This document shows positions 19,101 through 28,076 of a DNA stretch of 64,000 bases, piece by piece. Under the pieces are notes generated by a model, which was not told where the DNA came from, made no database searches, and worked only from the letters and a program-made list of their open reading frames with translations. The translations under genes were made by a program, and so were the position numbers. Position 1 is the stretch's first letter. Each line of letters begins with the position of its first letter. The DNA lies in sequence record LR756502.1; one strand, 5' to 3'.

Positions 19101-19345
19101 CTTGACCAGTTATATGACGCTGATAGACCCATTGTAGTAAAGTCTCCTTTTACTTCCAACTCAAATTGATACATCTTGTTGCTCTTAAATGTGTGTGATG
19201 CGGTTAGGGCATATCTTAGTGTGCCATTTGACGCTGATGCTGCTAAAAGAGTACCTGTATTTCTTCTTTGTATACCAAGTACTGATACATTGGCGTTATA
19301 TCCCCAATATGCATTAGTTACTAAGTATGATGTTATCCATGCCAT
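16199..19345 (-). CDS. large putative virion structural protein
   Basis: 1048 aa, S/T/G-rich; central [WF]xxGx repeats (FRAGVWENGVWNSGW, WLSGAFLNGYYTGIWNYGLF). Confidence 0.6.
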   Translation of the reverse strand: MAWITSYLVTNAYWGYNANVSVLGIQRRNTGTLLAASASNGTLRYALTASHTFKSNKMYQFELEVKGDFTTMGLSASYNWSSNSIFSDARIDRVVSVDAAAGARYFFYSSPSSNTSTVYSISIFATGSMCGNSSTSPRITNIKVNELDWKISGYKRFSPGTTASLNDVNYDGWSYEKSINTFWWTNKPVPTMGATGLSTNNDISTNYISKSVIYSYYNLNFEYITSGGSASDGFSIYQGDSYAGAIGAGALYTLTQSQFSTQSTPHQIYGLQGNGQFLYIVGGTTSDVSGFVAGIINPTIEGGYHPNNNEQFLFTESDVYSDPTYLQILGTATDGMTFSFIVGSGSTINGTPSNLNLINAQFGNGTFRAGVWENGVWNSGWRVDTQIYEFDNVGVAFRTIADRRWRIQLTGPTSSAGQFEIGDRISISNIVAIDINETRKLLKGYFTIINKSDSSIIVETDVSFPFRRIEKDSDNHKIKVTKNVWLSGAFLNGYYTGIWNYGLFKGFPRITEMVDTHWIDGIFDGGHFNSTYESYVFDDTYYITGSDFGIDSTFDGKLGLSFSTPHGYVVGDVISIDKFDKSINPNYDGNANVTYVVDDNLLVLDKAFANSSVLEGGTSSNTRATGLIQNFRFYDNNIAGKVSSQNTGSSEEVFQFNSWIDVNYYNTSAVNIGKPVRLYDTTAKLEYTQNNLYGYPTNDVLSSISTFRDSYTFNKKNYKLGTKYKIYQDQIGIGSEFESPFDMNGDTGIGLNTFLSFGWTFSGTYSKFERSIEDPTYNSGVSDEYQIKGEELIITSTMSGSILNNTNIDISNNRYTVVELDIKSYSTGTSSTYYQASEYSETTATGITYIDPVSNLHPIPVLNFSNINQFRNTISFDLGVFGIVTYVYYPVMSYLPIYENVNHLETPGIKKYEYFYNKPSLSMKLLGNDDLGTSFDDISDNSTTDGYYQSKVVMDNLKYYEVDMIPFFQYFLDDNIYKGVSIPWQGIAPFIDYTNSNFSFIDNISIGLGSVHTQQSFTPISGVGIGIGGGIVTNPTYEASALDIFVGP

Positions 19346-19349
19346 TATC

Positions 19350-19358
19350 TATATATTA
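19350..19358 (-). promoter_or_regulatory. TAATATATA element
   Basis: Exact motif 4 nt before the start at 19345. Confidence 0.6.
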
Positions 19359-19373
19359 CTTTATTTCTTCTCA

Positions 19374-22300
19374 TTATCTTGGGCCGGATGATGGTGGTAA
19401 TATTACAGCTGCTGCCGCATCTATCAATGTAGGTGCATCTGTAGCATCTTCTGTGAATATATTCCAAACGTGACAAGATGATGTACCTGACCAAGACATA
19501 CCTCTAAATAAAATTTGTCTTATATAATCATCTGTTACTTGACCATCTCCAGTCAATGTAAATGATGATCCATACCAGTTACCATTTCTCCAAGTACCAT
19601 TTTCCCAGAACACATTAAATGCGTTCATGTAGTTTGCGACACCATTCTTCCATATCATACCAATTCCTGTTCCAAGTAGGAATTTACCATCATTCCACTT
19701 TGAAATATAAAAATCACTACTATCTAAATTTCCATTTTCCCAATAACAGTTATCATCAAAATTAAATGTTGATTGAGTTGACCCATTTCTCTTCACATAT
19801 GGATTGAAGGAGCTAGCTTTAAATGTTCCAGATGTGAACCTACCATCCAACCAAACAGAGTTTAACATTTCACCAGATGGATGACTAAATGTTCCAGTTG
19901 TCCAAAGTATGTTTTTAAGATTGGCCTTTTTAGTTATCTTTTTCTCTGTAAACGCTCTTTGTAACTCTGTAAATATCTTTTTGTCTTTAACAAATTTATC
20001 TTTAACATCTGTAACTGTTCCGTTTCTCCATAATCCATAGTATGAACTACTGAATGAATCTACGAAATTTGATGGATTTGAACATGTTGTTCCTAAAAGT
20101 GATATTGTTGAGTATGTTCCACTTCCTTCAAACTCACCTGATGTTAGAACACCATTGTTCCAAACTCTTCCTTTGAATTTTCCTCCATTGAACTCTCCTG
20201 TATACCAAGTTGAGTTTGTTAACCCGCTTCCGTTTCCAAATTCACCACCATTAAATATACCATCTGCCCAAGAGTAATCTGTTGAGTATGTTGATGTGCT
20301 CATAGTATATCCATATCCTGATATGAATTTTCCACCATTGAATGTTCCATTTAACCACTTGGCGTTATTTGATTCAAAAGATCCTCCATTGAAGTATCCT
20401 CCATTCCAAATCGATTCAGAGAATTCATCACTACCATCTTCTGTATAGATATTCGCTCCAAATCTACCCGCCTTGAATATTCCATTATTCCAAGTTACTA
20501 ATCTTGGTGGTTTTGATCCAGAGAATATCCAGTCTGTATTTGTTGCAAAAATATTAGCATTTTCTACAATACCATCATTGAATATACCACCATAGAAATT
20601 GGTATCTGTTGATGATATACCAACATCACCTAATACCCCATTACTAAATGTTCCATTAAACCAATCTGATAAGTACATCTTACCGCTCTTAAATGTTCCA
20701 TTTTCCCACCCACTCTTATAAAAACTACCTCCATTAAATGTACCATTTATCCAAGAATATCTATTATTATAGAAGTGACCAACTATATTACCAGATCTCC
20801 AAGATGATTGGAACTTCTCTGATTGATAAGTTATTGCTCCTGTTGATCCACCGCCAGCATTTGACTTATAAAATAATCCATTTTGGAAATTACCATCTTC
20901 CCATCTAGACTCTCTAAATACACCATTTGAGAATGTTTGTCCAAGCCAAGAGGAGTTATAATAAATACCATCTCTCCATGTGTCATTGCCACTTGTTAGA
21001 AAGCTATATACGAATAGACCAGAGTTTATATTATTACCAGTCTTTCTTAATATCATTTCAGTGAACATTAGGTCCTTTATTGCTGGTAAGTCTGTGAAGT
21101 CAATATCCCTATTATCATAAGATTGATTATAAACTACTGAATCTTTCATATATGCTCTTCTGAACATACCAGATTTTATATTTGACTTATTTACTTTTAC
21201 ATTATGTATGTAATTATATCTATTTCTAACTTCAACTCCATCTATTGCTGTTGTGAAATATGATGATGCTGTTAGTGTTGATATAACAGATGATGTTACT
21301 GATATTTCCTCCAAAATAAGTGATCTTGGTGGTAAAATGTCAATAACCTTATATGTGTCAGGTAAAGTTGTTGTATTTGATAGAATATCAACTTGGTCAA
21401 TAGAGTTTAAATACACTATAGATCCAACCTTTATCATATCGTCATCTATTGATACTGGAGATGGCATTGATATTGTCAACTTATTATCACCAATACTTGT
21501 TATTGATATATCATAATCACCTCCATATGTGGATAGATTTGGTATAACATTGTCGTAGTTATGACTTATATTACTTCCACTGTTCCAATCGGATGTCTCG
21601 AATAAACCACTTCTGAAATCAGAGTCTATTATATAAGCATCCGTTGTATCAACAGTTCCATTAGCAACTCCTAAATTATCTATGTGATCTGATGTTGTTA
21701 TAATATCTATTGATGGTAGTTGGTTAGTATTAATTACTACCGATGTGTCACCTGACATTATGTATTCATTCTCTTTTGATGTACTTAGTACTACTGTGTA
21801 CTCAAAAGAGTGTTTACCTGATAAACGATCATCATGATAAACTGCGTCATTTAGTATGAACTTTCTATCAAGAAAGTTTAAAACACTATTGTCGCTAACT
21901 AAAGCTCCTTTTATATAAAACTGATCCTTGTGTCTAAGTCTATTGTAACTATCCTCTGATATATAAAACTTATATGCTATATAGTTTATTGATGTATCTG
22001 ATGAGTCTGGTGTAATAGTCCATTCATCATATGCTAATACCTTCATAATACGGTCACTATTAAACTTTGATCCATAGAATAAAGACTCTATATAGTGTGA
22101 GTTAACAGATTTCGTTCTTATAACTCTAGAATTATTTAACCTAGAATTCTTTATTTCTGATGTTTTAATATCAGCACTTTCGAATGAACAGTTGTTAAAC
22201 TCACCACCTAGAATATTAATATTTAGTGATTGTGTTAGTGATAGTATATATGATTCAACTGTTGAAAATGCTGCTGATTGAGTTCCTAATAAACTATGAA

Positions 22301-23348
22301 AGAAATTTCCATTTAATATAAGTGACTTATCTATTTCTGAGTCAATAACATAGTTATATCCAAATCCTTTATTATTTGATTGATTTATTTTCTGGAATGG
22401 TAGTCCATATTCATCAATATCAGCGAAATAGCTTTCATTTGAATTTGAAACCGAATTCATACTACCAGTAGCCCATATTGTATTAAGTAGAGTACCTGTA
22501 TTCCAATTAGAATCAACGCCCTCCCACTTAATTTTCTTATCTTGTCTACCAAAAAGGCCTGCATTCCAGTCTCCTTTGAAGTTACCATCTCTGAAATTTG
22601 CCTTTGATATAATTGGTCTGAAATATGTTACATCAACAACCCAGTTACCATCTTCAAACTTATATACATATCCTTCTTTGAACTCCATTCCACCATAGGT
22701 AAATGTAGCGTTCATTATTTTAATTCTTTCGTTTGAAAGAGATGAAGAGTATGTACCTAAGAATGATGTGAAGTTTGTTGAGAAATCACTTGTTACATTT
22801 GTCCAACTATATGTACCTCCTTTTATAAAGAATCCTGGTGACCCTGTTAGTCCTGTATTTTCTCCAAATCCAACTGTTCCTGCATAATCGTTATCTGTGT
22901 AGATAACATTATCCTGGTATTGGTCAAATCTAAAACCAAATGAACCTCCTTCTGAGGTTAGCATTCTATTTACATATTTGAATTCAGTATCATCTCTTAC
23001 TGGATAAACTCTGACAAAACTATCTATACTATCATCATTCCAAATAGAATCACCTGTATAATCTATATCTAGTGTTATTTTACACTTATCTACTTCAAGT
23101 ACTTTATATCCATCTCTGCCTTTCTTATACTTATCATCTTTTATAAGAAGGTCACTATCATAATTTCCATTTAGTATGAAAACTCTATCACCTACTCTTA
23201 TATTAGAATTAACCTCTGTATAGATTCCAGTTTTTAAATATCCTTTAATATCAATTGGCTCTACCCAATTGACAAGTCTGGTACTGAATGGTTTATTAGA
23301 CAGATTTTTTTTAATTTCTAAAGGATTTACTGAAATTAACTTCGCCAT
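19374..23348 (-). CDS. large putative virion protein with WxxGxFxxG pentapeptide repeats (beta-helix)
   Basis: 1324 aa; dozens of [WF]xxGx units in the C-terminal 40%. Confidence 0.65.
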   Translation of the reverse strand: MAKLISVNPLEIKKNLSNKPFSTRLVNWVEPIDIKGYLKTGIYTEVNSNIRVGDRVFILNGNYDSDLLIKDDKYKKGRDGYKVLEVDKCKITLDIDYTGDSIWNDDSIDSFVRVYPVRDDTEFKYVNRMLTSEGGSFGFRFDQYQDNVIYTDNDYAGTVGFGENTGLTGSPGFFIKGGTYSWTNVTSDFSTNFTSFLGTYSSSLSNERIKIMNATFTYGGMEFKEGYVYKFEDGNWVVDVTYFRPIISKANFRDGNFKGDWNAGLFGRQDKKIKWEGVDSNWNTGTLLNTIWATGSMNSVSNSNESYFADIDEYGLPFQKINQSNNKGFGYNYVIDSEIDKSLILNGNFFHSLLGTQSAAFSTVESYILSLTQSLNINILGGEFNNCSFESADIKTSEIKNSRLNNSRVIRTKSVNSHYIESLFYGSKFNSDRIMKVLAYDEWTITPDSSDTSINYIAYKFYISEDSYNRLRHKDQFYIKGALVSDNSVLNFLDRKFILNDAVYHDDRLSGKHSFEYTVVLSTSKENEYIMSGDTSVVINTNQLPSIDIITTSDHIDNLGVANGTVDTTDAYIIDSDFRSGLFETSDWNSGSNISHNYDNVIPNLSTYGGDYDISITSIGDNKLTISMPSPVSIDDDMIKVGSIVYLNSIDQVDILSNTTTLPDTYKVIDILPPRSLILEEISVTSSVISTLTASSYFTTAIDGVEVRNRYNYIHNVKVNKSNIKSGMFRRAYMKDSVVYNQSYDNRDIDFTDLPAIKDLMFTEMILRKTGNNINSGLFVYSFLTSGNDTWRDGIYYNSSWLGQTFSNGVFRESRWEDGNFQNGLFYKSNAGGGSTGAITYQSEKFQSSWRSGNIVGHFYNNRYSWINGTFNGGSFYKSGWENGTFKSGKMYLSDWFNGTFSNGVLGDVGISSTDTNFYGGIFNDGIVENANIFATNTDWIFSGSKPPRLVTWNNGIFKAGRFGANIYTEDGSDEFSESIWNGGYFNGGSFESNNAKWLNGTFNGGKFISGYGYTMSTSTYSTDYSWADGIFNGGEFGNGSGLTNSTWYTGEFNGGKFKGRVWNNGVLTSGEFEGSGTYSTISLLGTTCSNPSNFVDSFSSSYYGLWRNGTVTDVKDKFVKDKKIFTELQRAFTEKKITKKANLKNILWTTGTFSHPSGEMLNSVWLDGRFTSGTFKASSFNPYVKRNGSTQSTFNFDDNCYWENGNLDSSDFYISKWNDGKFLLGTGIGMIWKNGVANYMNAFNVFWENGTWRNGNWYGSSFTLTGDGQVTDDYIRQILFRGMSWSGTSSCHVWNIFTEDATDAPTLIDAAAAVILPPSSGPR

Positions 23349-23407
23349 TTCTTTACTTGCATTATATCTTTAGACTATATATAAATATAATTATACTTTC
23401 TAACTGA

Positions 23408-23439
23408 TTTGGTAATATATTTTATTATCCTTATATTTG
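23408..23439 (+). promoter_or_regulatory. Bacteroidota housekeeping-sigma promoter
   Basis: TTTG 23408-23411, 20-nt spacer, TATATTTG 23432-23439. Confidence 0.8.
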
Positions 23440-23464
23440 TATATTAACCACTAAAAATATACAT

Positions 23465-23836
23465 ATGAGTTACGCAGTTCAACATAATCTACCAATATTC
23501 CATAAGAATCAAGTAACCCCGTCTGATGGTAAATTCTATATAAATGCTATTGTTGGGTTTGAATCTTATTTAGGTGTTATGAATACGAGTCCTAGAAAGG
23601 ATTATTTTGCATCCATTGATGTTGGTGGTCAATTAAAGATTGGACGCCTTGATTCTATGGATGTTATGAAGAAAATTAAAAAAGATTCAATATTTGTTGA
23701 GGTTATTCCAAATAGATATGGAACAATAGATGATTTTACAGAGTTTGTTCCGAGAATGAAATCCGGATATCTTGTGTTTAGTACTAATGATCCAGAGCTT
23801 ACATTCTTTGATTGGCTTAGATTTTTAAAAAAATAA
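23465..23836 (+). CDS. hypothetical early protein
   Basis: 123 aa after a host-type promoter. Confidence 0.6.
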   Translation: MSYAVQHNLPIFHKNQVTPSDGKFYINAIVGFESYLGVMNTSPRKDYFASIDVGGQLKIGRLDSMDVMKKIKKDSIFVEVIPNRYGTIDDFTEFVPRMKSGYLVFSTNDPELTFFDWLRFLKK

Positions 23837-23842
23837 TAAAAT

Positions 23843-24592
23843 ATGAATAAAAAGAAGATATTAATATTTAGTGGTGCTGGTGTATCCGCTGAAAGTGGAA
23901 TAAAAACCTTTAGAGATTCACTAAATGGCCTTTGGTATAATTTTGATGTAAAGGAAGTGGCTTCAATTGAAGGATGGAGGAAAGATAAATCAAAAGTACT
24001 TGACTTTTACAACAAAAGAAGGTCTGAGATGAAGTCTGTTGATCCAAATAAGGCACATACTACTATTGCTGACTTGGAAAAATATTTCGATGTTACTATT
24101 GTAACACAAAATGTTGATAACCTTCATGAGAGAGCTGGGTCTAGTAATATTATACATTTACATGGCGAATTATCTAAGGCTAGAGGATCACTATATGAGA
24201 ATAAAACATCACCACTTGATACAGTAGTTGATATTGGATATAATGATATTAAAATTGGTGATAAGTGTTCGGTAACTGATTCCCAATTACGACCACATAT
24301 AGTTTGGTTTGGTGAGGTACTAGATAGTACTAATTTAGATAATGCTAAAAAGGCAGCTGTCGATGCTGATGTTTGTATTGTTGTTGGTACTTCAATGCAG
24401 GTTTCTCCAGCAAATACTATACCATTTTTGACAAAAGAAAGTTCTATAATCTACTATGTTGATCCAAGTGAGATTAACTTCTATGTTCCTGAGTTCAGAT
24501 CCCAAAATTTTCACCACTTAAACGAACCTGCCTCAACTGGTATGGTTAAAGTGTATAATGAATTGTTAGAAACATTTATTAATAAAAAATAA
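23843..24592 (+). CDS. cobB: Sir2/CobB NAD-dependent deacylase
   Basis: GAGVSAESGIKTFRD, TQNVDNLHERAG, HGEL, RPHIVWFGE, VGTS motifs. Confidence 0.93.
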   Translation: MNKKKILIFSGAGVSAESGIKTFRDSLNGLWYNFDVKEVASIEGWRKDKSKVLDFYNKRRSEMKSVDPNKAHTTIADLEKYFDVTIVTQNVDNLHERAGSSNIIHLHGELSKARGSLYENKTSPLDTVVDIGYNDIKIGDKCSVTDSQLRPHIVWFGEVLDSTNLDNAKKAAVDADVCIVVGTSMQVSPANTIPFLTKESSIIYYVDPSEINFYVPEFRSQNFHHLNEPASTGMVKVYNELLETFINKK

Positions 24593-25008
24593 TGGATACA
24601 CAACAGCAAATTATTTTAGAGTCAGAGATATCTGACTTTATTAAACGAGACAATGGTTGTATAACACATTTTGACTATAATAGGTCAAATGAAAACTCTT
24701 TGAAGTCAATAAGAGTAACAACCTATAATCCGAAGAAGCAAGAGACTTTCTTGTTAATTGAGATTCCTTGTAAAGATGAGGATATGATTATTGAATCATT
24801 GAAACAAATTTCAAGTTGGGTTAAAACTCACAGTATTTCAGACCAAGAGTTTTCACATACAATTTTATGGGGTAAAAGGGGAGAGCCACAGACCTACAAA
24901 TCTTATTTTTACTCAACTAATGCTAGAAAGGCACTGGATAAGTTCTTCTATGATAAGAGTGAGTTGGAGTATATTATCTATCAAGTTAAGCTAAACCCAA
25001 TATCATAG
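24592..25008 (+). CDS. hypothetical protein
   Basis: 138 aa, translationally coupled to the upstream gene. Confidence 0.6.
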   Translation: MDTQQQIILESEISDFIKRDNGCITHFDYNRSNENSLKSIRVTTYNPKKQETFLLIEIPCKDEDMIIESLKQISSWVKTHSISDQEFSHTILWGKRGEPQTYKSYFYSTNARKALDKFFYDKSELEYIIYQVKLNPIS

Positions 25009-25032
25009 AAAAAATAAAAATTATCAGAATTT

Positions 25033-25185
25033 ATGAAAGATGTATTTATGAAAGATGTTTATAAGAATCTTGGCCTTGATAGTGTTGGTAGTGACAAAAG
25101 CTACCTTGAAGTTTGGATGAAAATTATTTATGATGGTAGAATAAAAACCAGAAGGATTAACAAAATCAAAAAGATATTAGGTTAA
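25033..25185 (+). CDS. 50-aa protein with a C-terminal RxxKI motif (not in the ORF track)
   Basis: Hand translation MKDVFMKDVYKNLG...KTRRINKIKKILG*. Confidence 0.55.
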   Translation: MKDVFMKDVYKNLGLDSVGSDKSYLEVWMKIIYDGRIKTRRINKIKKILG

Positions 25186-25186
25186 T

Positions 25187-25195
25187 TAATATATA
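25187..25195 (+). promoter_or_regulatory. TAATATATA element
   Basis: Exact motif 24 nt before the ATG at 25220. Confidence 0.5.
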
Positions 25196-25219
25196 CCACT
25201 AATAAAAAAGAAATAAAAT

Positions 25220-25780
25220 ATGAACTTACAAGAACTTCTTAATAAATGGAATATCAAATGTGATATTAATACTGTATTGGCTATGTGGAATGAATCACAT
25301 AGACATTATCATAGTTTAGATCATCTTAACGATTTGATTGGTCAAATAAATGAAGGTAAGTCTAAATTCTCTGAAAAGGAATATGAGAAGCTACTAATCG
25401 CGTCTATCTTTCATGATATTGTTTATGATCCAATGAAAGGTGATAATGAAGAAAAGAGTGCTGAGTTTTTCATGAATTGTGCTCTTGAAAAAGATAATTC
25501 TGATATTCTTGATATCAACCAAATGATTCTTGATACAAAGACTCACAAAGCAAATACTAAACTATCTGAATCATTCAATCACTATGATATGAATATCGTA
25601 GAAAGAGATTATAACTCTCTTTTAGATTGGGAAAACGGTATCCACGAAGAATATAAAGGATATGGAGACGAAGCCTATAAAATGGGTAGATTAAAGTTCC
25701 TTGAGTCTCTACTTGATAAGTATGTAGACAATACTGATAACTTATTGAAGTTAATTGAGTGGGTTAAAACTAACTACTAA
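25220..25780 (+). CDS. HD-superfamily metal-dependent phosphohydrolase
   Basis: RHYHSLDHL, FHDIVYDP, DNEEKSA motifs. Confidence 0.85.
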   Translation: MNLQELLNKWNIKCDINTVLAMWNESHRHYHSLDHLNDLIGQINEGKSKFSEKEYEKLLIASIFHDIVYDPMKGDNEEKSAEFFMNCALEKDNSDILDINQMILDTKTHKANTKLSESFNHYDMNIVERDYNSLLDWENGIHEEYKGYGDEAYKMGRLKFLESLLDKYVDNTDNLLKLIEWVKTNY

Positions 25781-25781
25781 A

Positions 25782-26267
25782 ATGAGTCAATATGATAAAA
25801 ATCAAACCTATTTTACAACTGGTGTAGATTTGATACCATATGGTATTCTATATGCTAGACCTGCTTTTCCAAAAGGTCATAGACTTGAATGGTTAAACCA
25901 CTGCGCTATGACTAATATTTTACCAAAAGATATTCAAAAGAAAATAAAAGAATTATCCACATTTATTAATGATAAGTATAAGGATAGTATTATTGTCCCA
26001 ATGGATAATAGAATAGTACCTGGTTGTGTATCGACTCCAGAATCAATAGATGAGATTGCTAAAGAAATATATGAGGGTATGAATAGTATCTTCAAGAAAC
26101 TAATTGGTGAAGATAACTGTACTCGTCTTGTTTATAGTGTTGGTGATATGCATGAAAATTGGATAATAAAATCTAAAACAGCTCATGAGATTGGAAATTA
26201 TCCAGTTATGGTTAAGGTTGGAAGAACTTTAGATTCCTCTAATGATCCAGGATTCTTCAAAGTCTAA
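25782..26267 (+). CDS. hypothetical protein
   Basis: ATG at 25782 directly after the upstream stop. Confidence 0.55.
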   Translation: MSQYDKNQTYFTTGVDLIPYGILYARPAFPKGHRLEWLNHCAMTNILPKDIQKKIKELSTFINDKYKDSIIVPMDNRIVPGCVSTPESIDEIAKEIYEGMNSIFKKLIGEDNCTRLVYSVGDMHENWIIKSKTAHEIGNYPVMVKVGRTLDSSNDPGFFKV

Positions 26268-26986
26268 TAGTTTAATATTAAATGTTCAGTTCCCATTATT
26301 GTCTTCATAGATTCAAATCTACATTTTGGATATAGATCCTCTAGTCCATCAAACCAAGAATAGCTAAGAGCAAATCTTCCTTTAATATTGTTAAGAGTGT
26401 CTGCTAGTTCATTATGACTTTCCTCTGTGAAATTGTGGTCAATATATAGTTTCTCTTTACCATAGTATGGTGGGTCGATATAGAAGAATGTGCTATCCGA
26501 GTCATTATTCTTTATAATATCCTTATAATCTAAGTTAGAGATCTCTGATATCTTATCTAGATGATATTTATAGGCTTTGTACTTCAATTTAAATACTTCA
26601 AACTCATTATCTCCTCTGTATAGTTCAGTTCCTACTTCATATGGTGAACTACAACACAATACTATTAACCAGTTGAGTGATATATCCATCTCATCACTGT
26701 TGTTTACTAATCTTTTTAATGCTGATTTGTATATAGATTTATTAACCGATGTTGATTTGACTAAATCTATAAATTCTGGCTTTCTTATGTTATTAAATAG
26801 TGTGTAGTTAAATCTATTTAAATCGTTGTATATGAACTTTACATTTTTGAACTTCGAGTGGTCTAGTGAAAAGAAAACACCAAACATTCCTCCAAATGGT
26901 TCTACATAAGTAGAAATATCTTTTGGTATATTTGGTGTTATAAAGTCAGCGAATCTTGTCTTTTCTCCTAAATATGGTATAAGCAT
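26264..26986 (-). CDS. dam: Dam-family (D12) DNA adenine methyltransferase
   Basis: PYLGEK, YVEPFGG, YNDLN, FFYIDPPY. Confidence 0.88.
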   Translation of the reverse strand: MLIPYLGEKTRFADFITPNIPKDISTYVEPFGGMFGVFFSLDHSKFKNVKFIYNDLNRFNYTLFNNIRKPEFIDLVKSTSVNKSIYKSALKRLVNNSDEMDISLNWLIVLCCSSPYEVGTELYRGDNEFEVFKLKYKAYKYHLDKISEISNLDYKDIIKNNDSDSTFFYIDPPYYGKEKLYIDHNFTEESHNELADTLNNIKGRFALSYSWFDGLEDLYPKCRFESMKTIMGTEHLILNY

Positions 26987-26990
26987 ATAC

Positions 26991-26999
26991 TATATATTA
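26991..26999 (-). promoter_or_regulatory. TAATATATA element
   Basis: Exact motif 4 nt before the start at 26986. Confidence 0.55.
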
Positions 27000-27007
27000 T
27001 TTTGTAT

Positions 27008-27850
27008 CTAGTAGTTCTTTATAATTACTTCGGTTGTTTCCTTTTCGCCTTTTCTGGATACCTTATTATAGTCAAATTTTAATTCTTTGCAACTAAACCC
27101 ATCTTTAATAAGCTTATCCAACATCCAACATATTTTGTTATCATGTCTAAGTACACCAGATACCATGAAAGATGATCCCTTTTCGTTTATAGAGTGTAGG
27201 TAGTTGTATAATTTTATATCATCATCTTCTTTCCAGAAAGCATTATACCCAGCCTCTGATATCTGTTTCTTACCAATGGTACCATCTTCATTTTTTATTC
27301 TACCATAAGGTGGATCACAGTAGAACATTATCTTGTCAGAAGATATCTCAATCTCATTAAATGGTTTGGAGATATATTTTATCTTATCTTTATATTTTCT
27401 GATGTGATTGGTAAATATTTCTACTTTCCTATCTGTGTTAGCATTCCATCCCCTATCACCATATGTTTGGTTGTACTTGAACTTCTGATTAAACCTCATC
27501 ATATTATTTGTTGATGATAGCATAAGAGCCCACAAACTAGATGGTGTTGGTATCTCATTGTAACTACTTCTTAAAGAAGCAAATCCTCCAGGATTTAGCT
27601 TTCCTGGGCATAGAGATTTCGTCTCTAATATAATGTTGTCGCTTTCTGATAGATCCTTATGAATACTCATTAGGTCTTTTATAACATCATTTGCTATAAT
27701 TTTCTCATACTTATCAACTACATTAGTATAGACTGATCCACCCCCTGTAAATAGGTCTACAAAATATGGCTTAGTGTAATCAAACTCTGGAAGGATTTGA
27801 TCCAGTAGTTTAAATTTTGAGCCAGTGTAATTAAAAGGAGTTTCAATCAC
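27008..27850 (-). CDS. dam: Dam-family DNA adenine methyltransferase
   Basis: PFNYTGSKFKL, DLFTGGGSV, AND, RFN...YN..YG, FYCDPPY. Confidence 0.9.
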   Translation of the reverse strand: MIETPFNYTGSKFKLLDQILPEFDYTKPYFVDLFTGGGSVYTNVVDKYEKIIANDVIKDLMSIHKDLSESDNIILETKSLCPGKLNPGGFASLRSSYNEIPTPSSLWALMLSSTNNMMRFNQKFKYNQTYGDRGWNANTDRKVEIFTNHIRKYKDKIKYISKPFNEIEISSDKIMFYCDPPYGRIKNEDGTIGKKQISEAGYNAFWKEDDDIKLYNYLHSINEKGSSFMVSGVLRHDNKICWMLDKLIKDGFSCKELKFDYNKVSRKGEKETTEVIIKNY

Positions 27851-28071
27851 TACTTTTTAGTAGATTTCTTTACTTCTTTATGAAGTTTTATGAACATTTC
27901 CTTAACCTCACTGAACTTAATCTTACCACTAATAGCTGATGTATACGCATCACTGATCTTTGATAATTCAGAACCTACATTAATTGTGTTCTTCTTTACA
28001 GCTTTTACAGCCTTTACTTTTGGAGCTACTTTAGTTGTTGTCTTTTTCACTGCCGGTTTTTTACTTTTCAT
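27850..28071 (-). CDS. small Lys/Ala/Val-rich basic (histone-H1-like) protein
   Basis: MKSKKPAVKKTTTKVAPKVKAVKAVKK. Confidence 0.6.
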   Translation of the reverse strand: MKSKKPAVKKTTTKVAPKVKAVKAVKKNTINVGSELSKISDAYTSAISGKIKFSEVKEMFIKLHKEVKKSTKK

Positions 28072-28076
28072 ATGTT

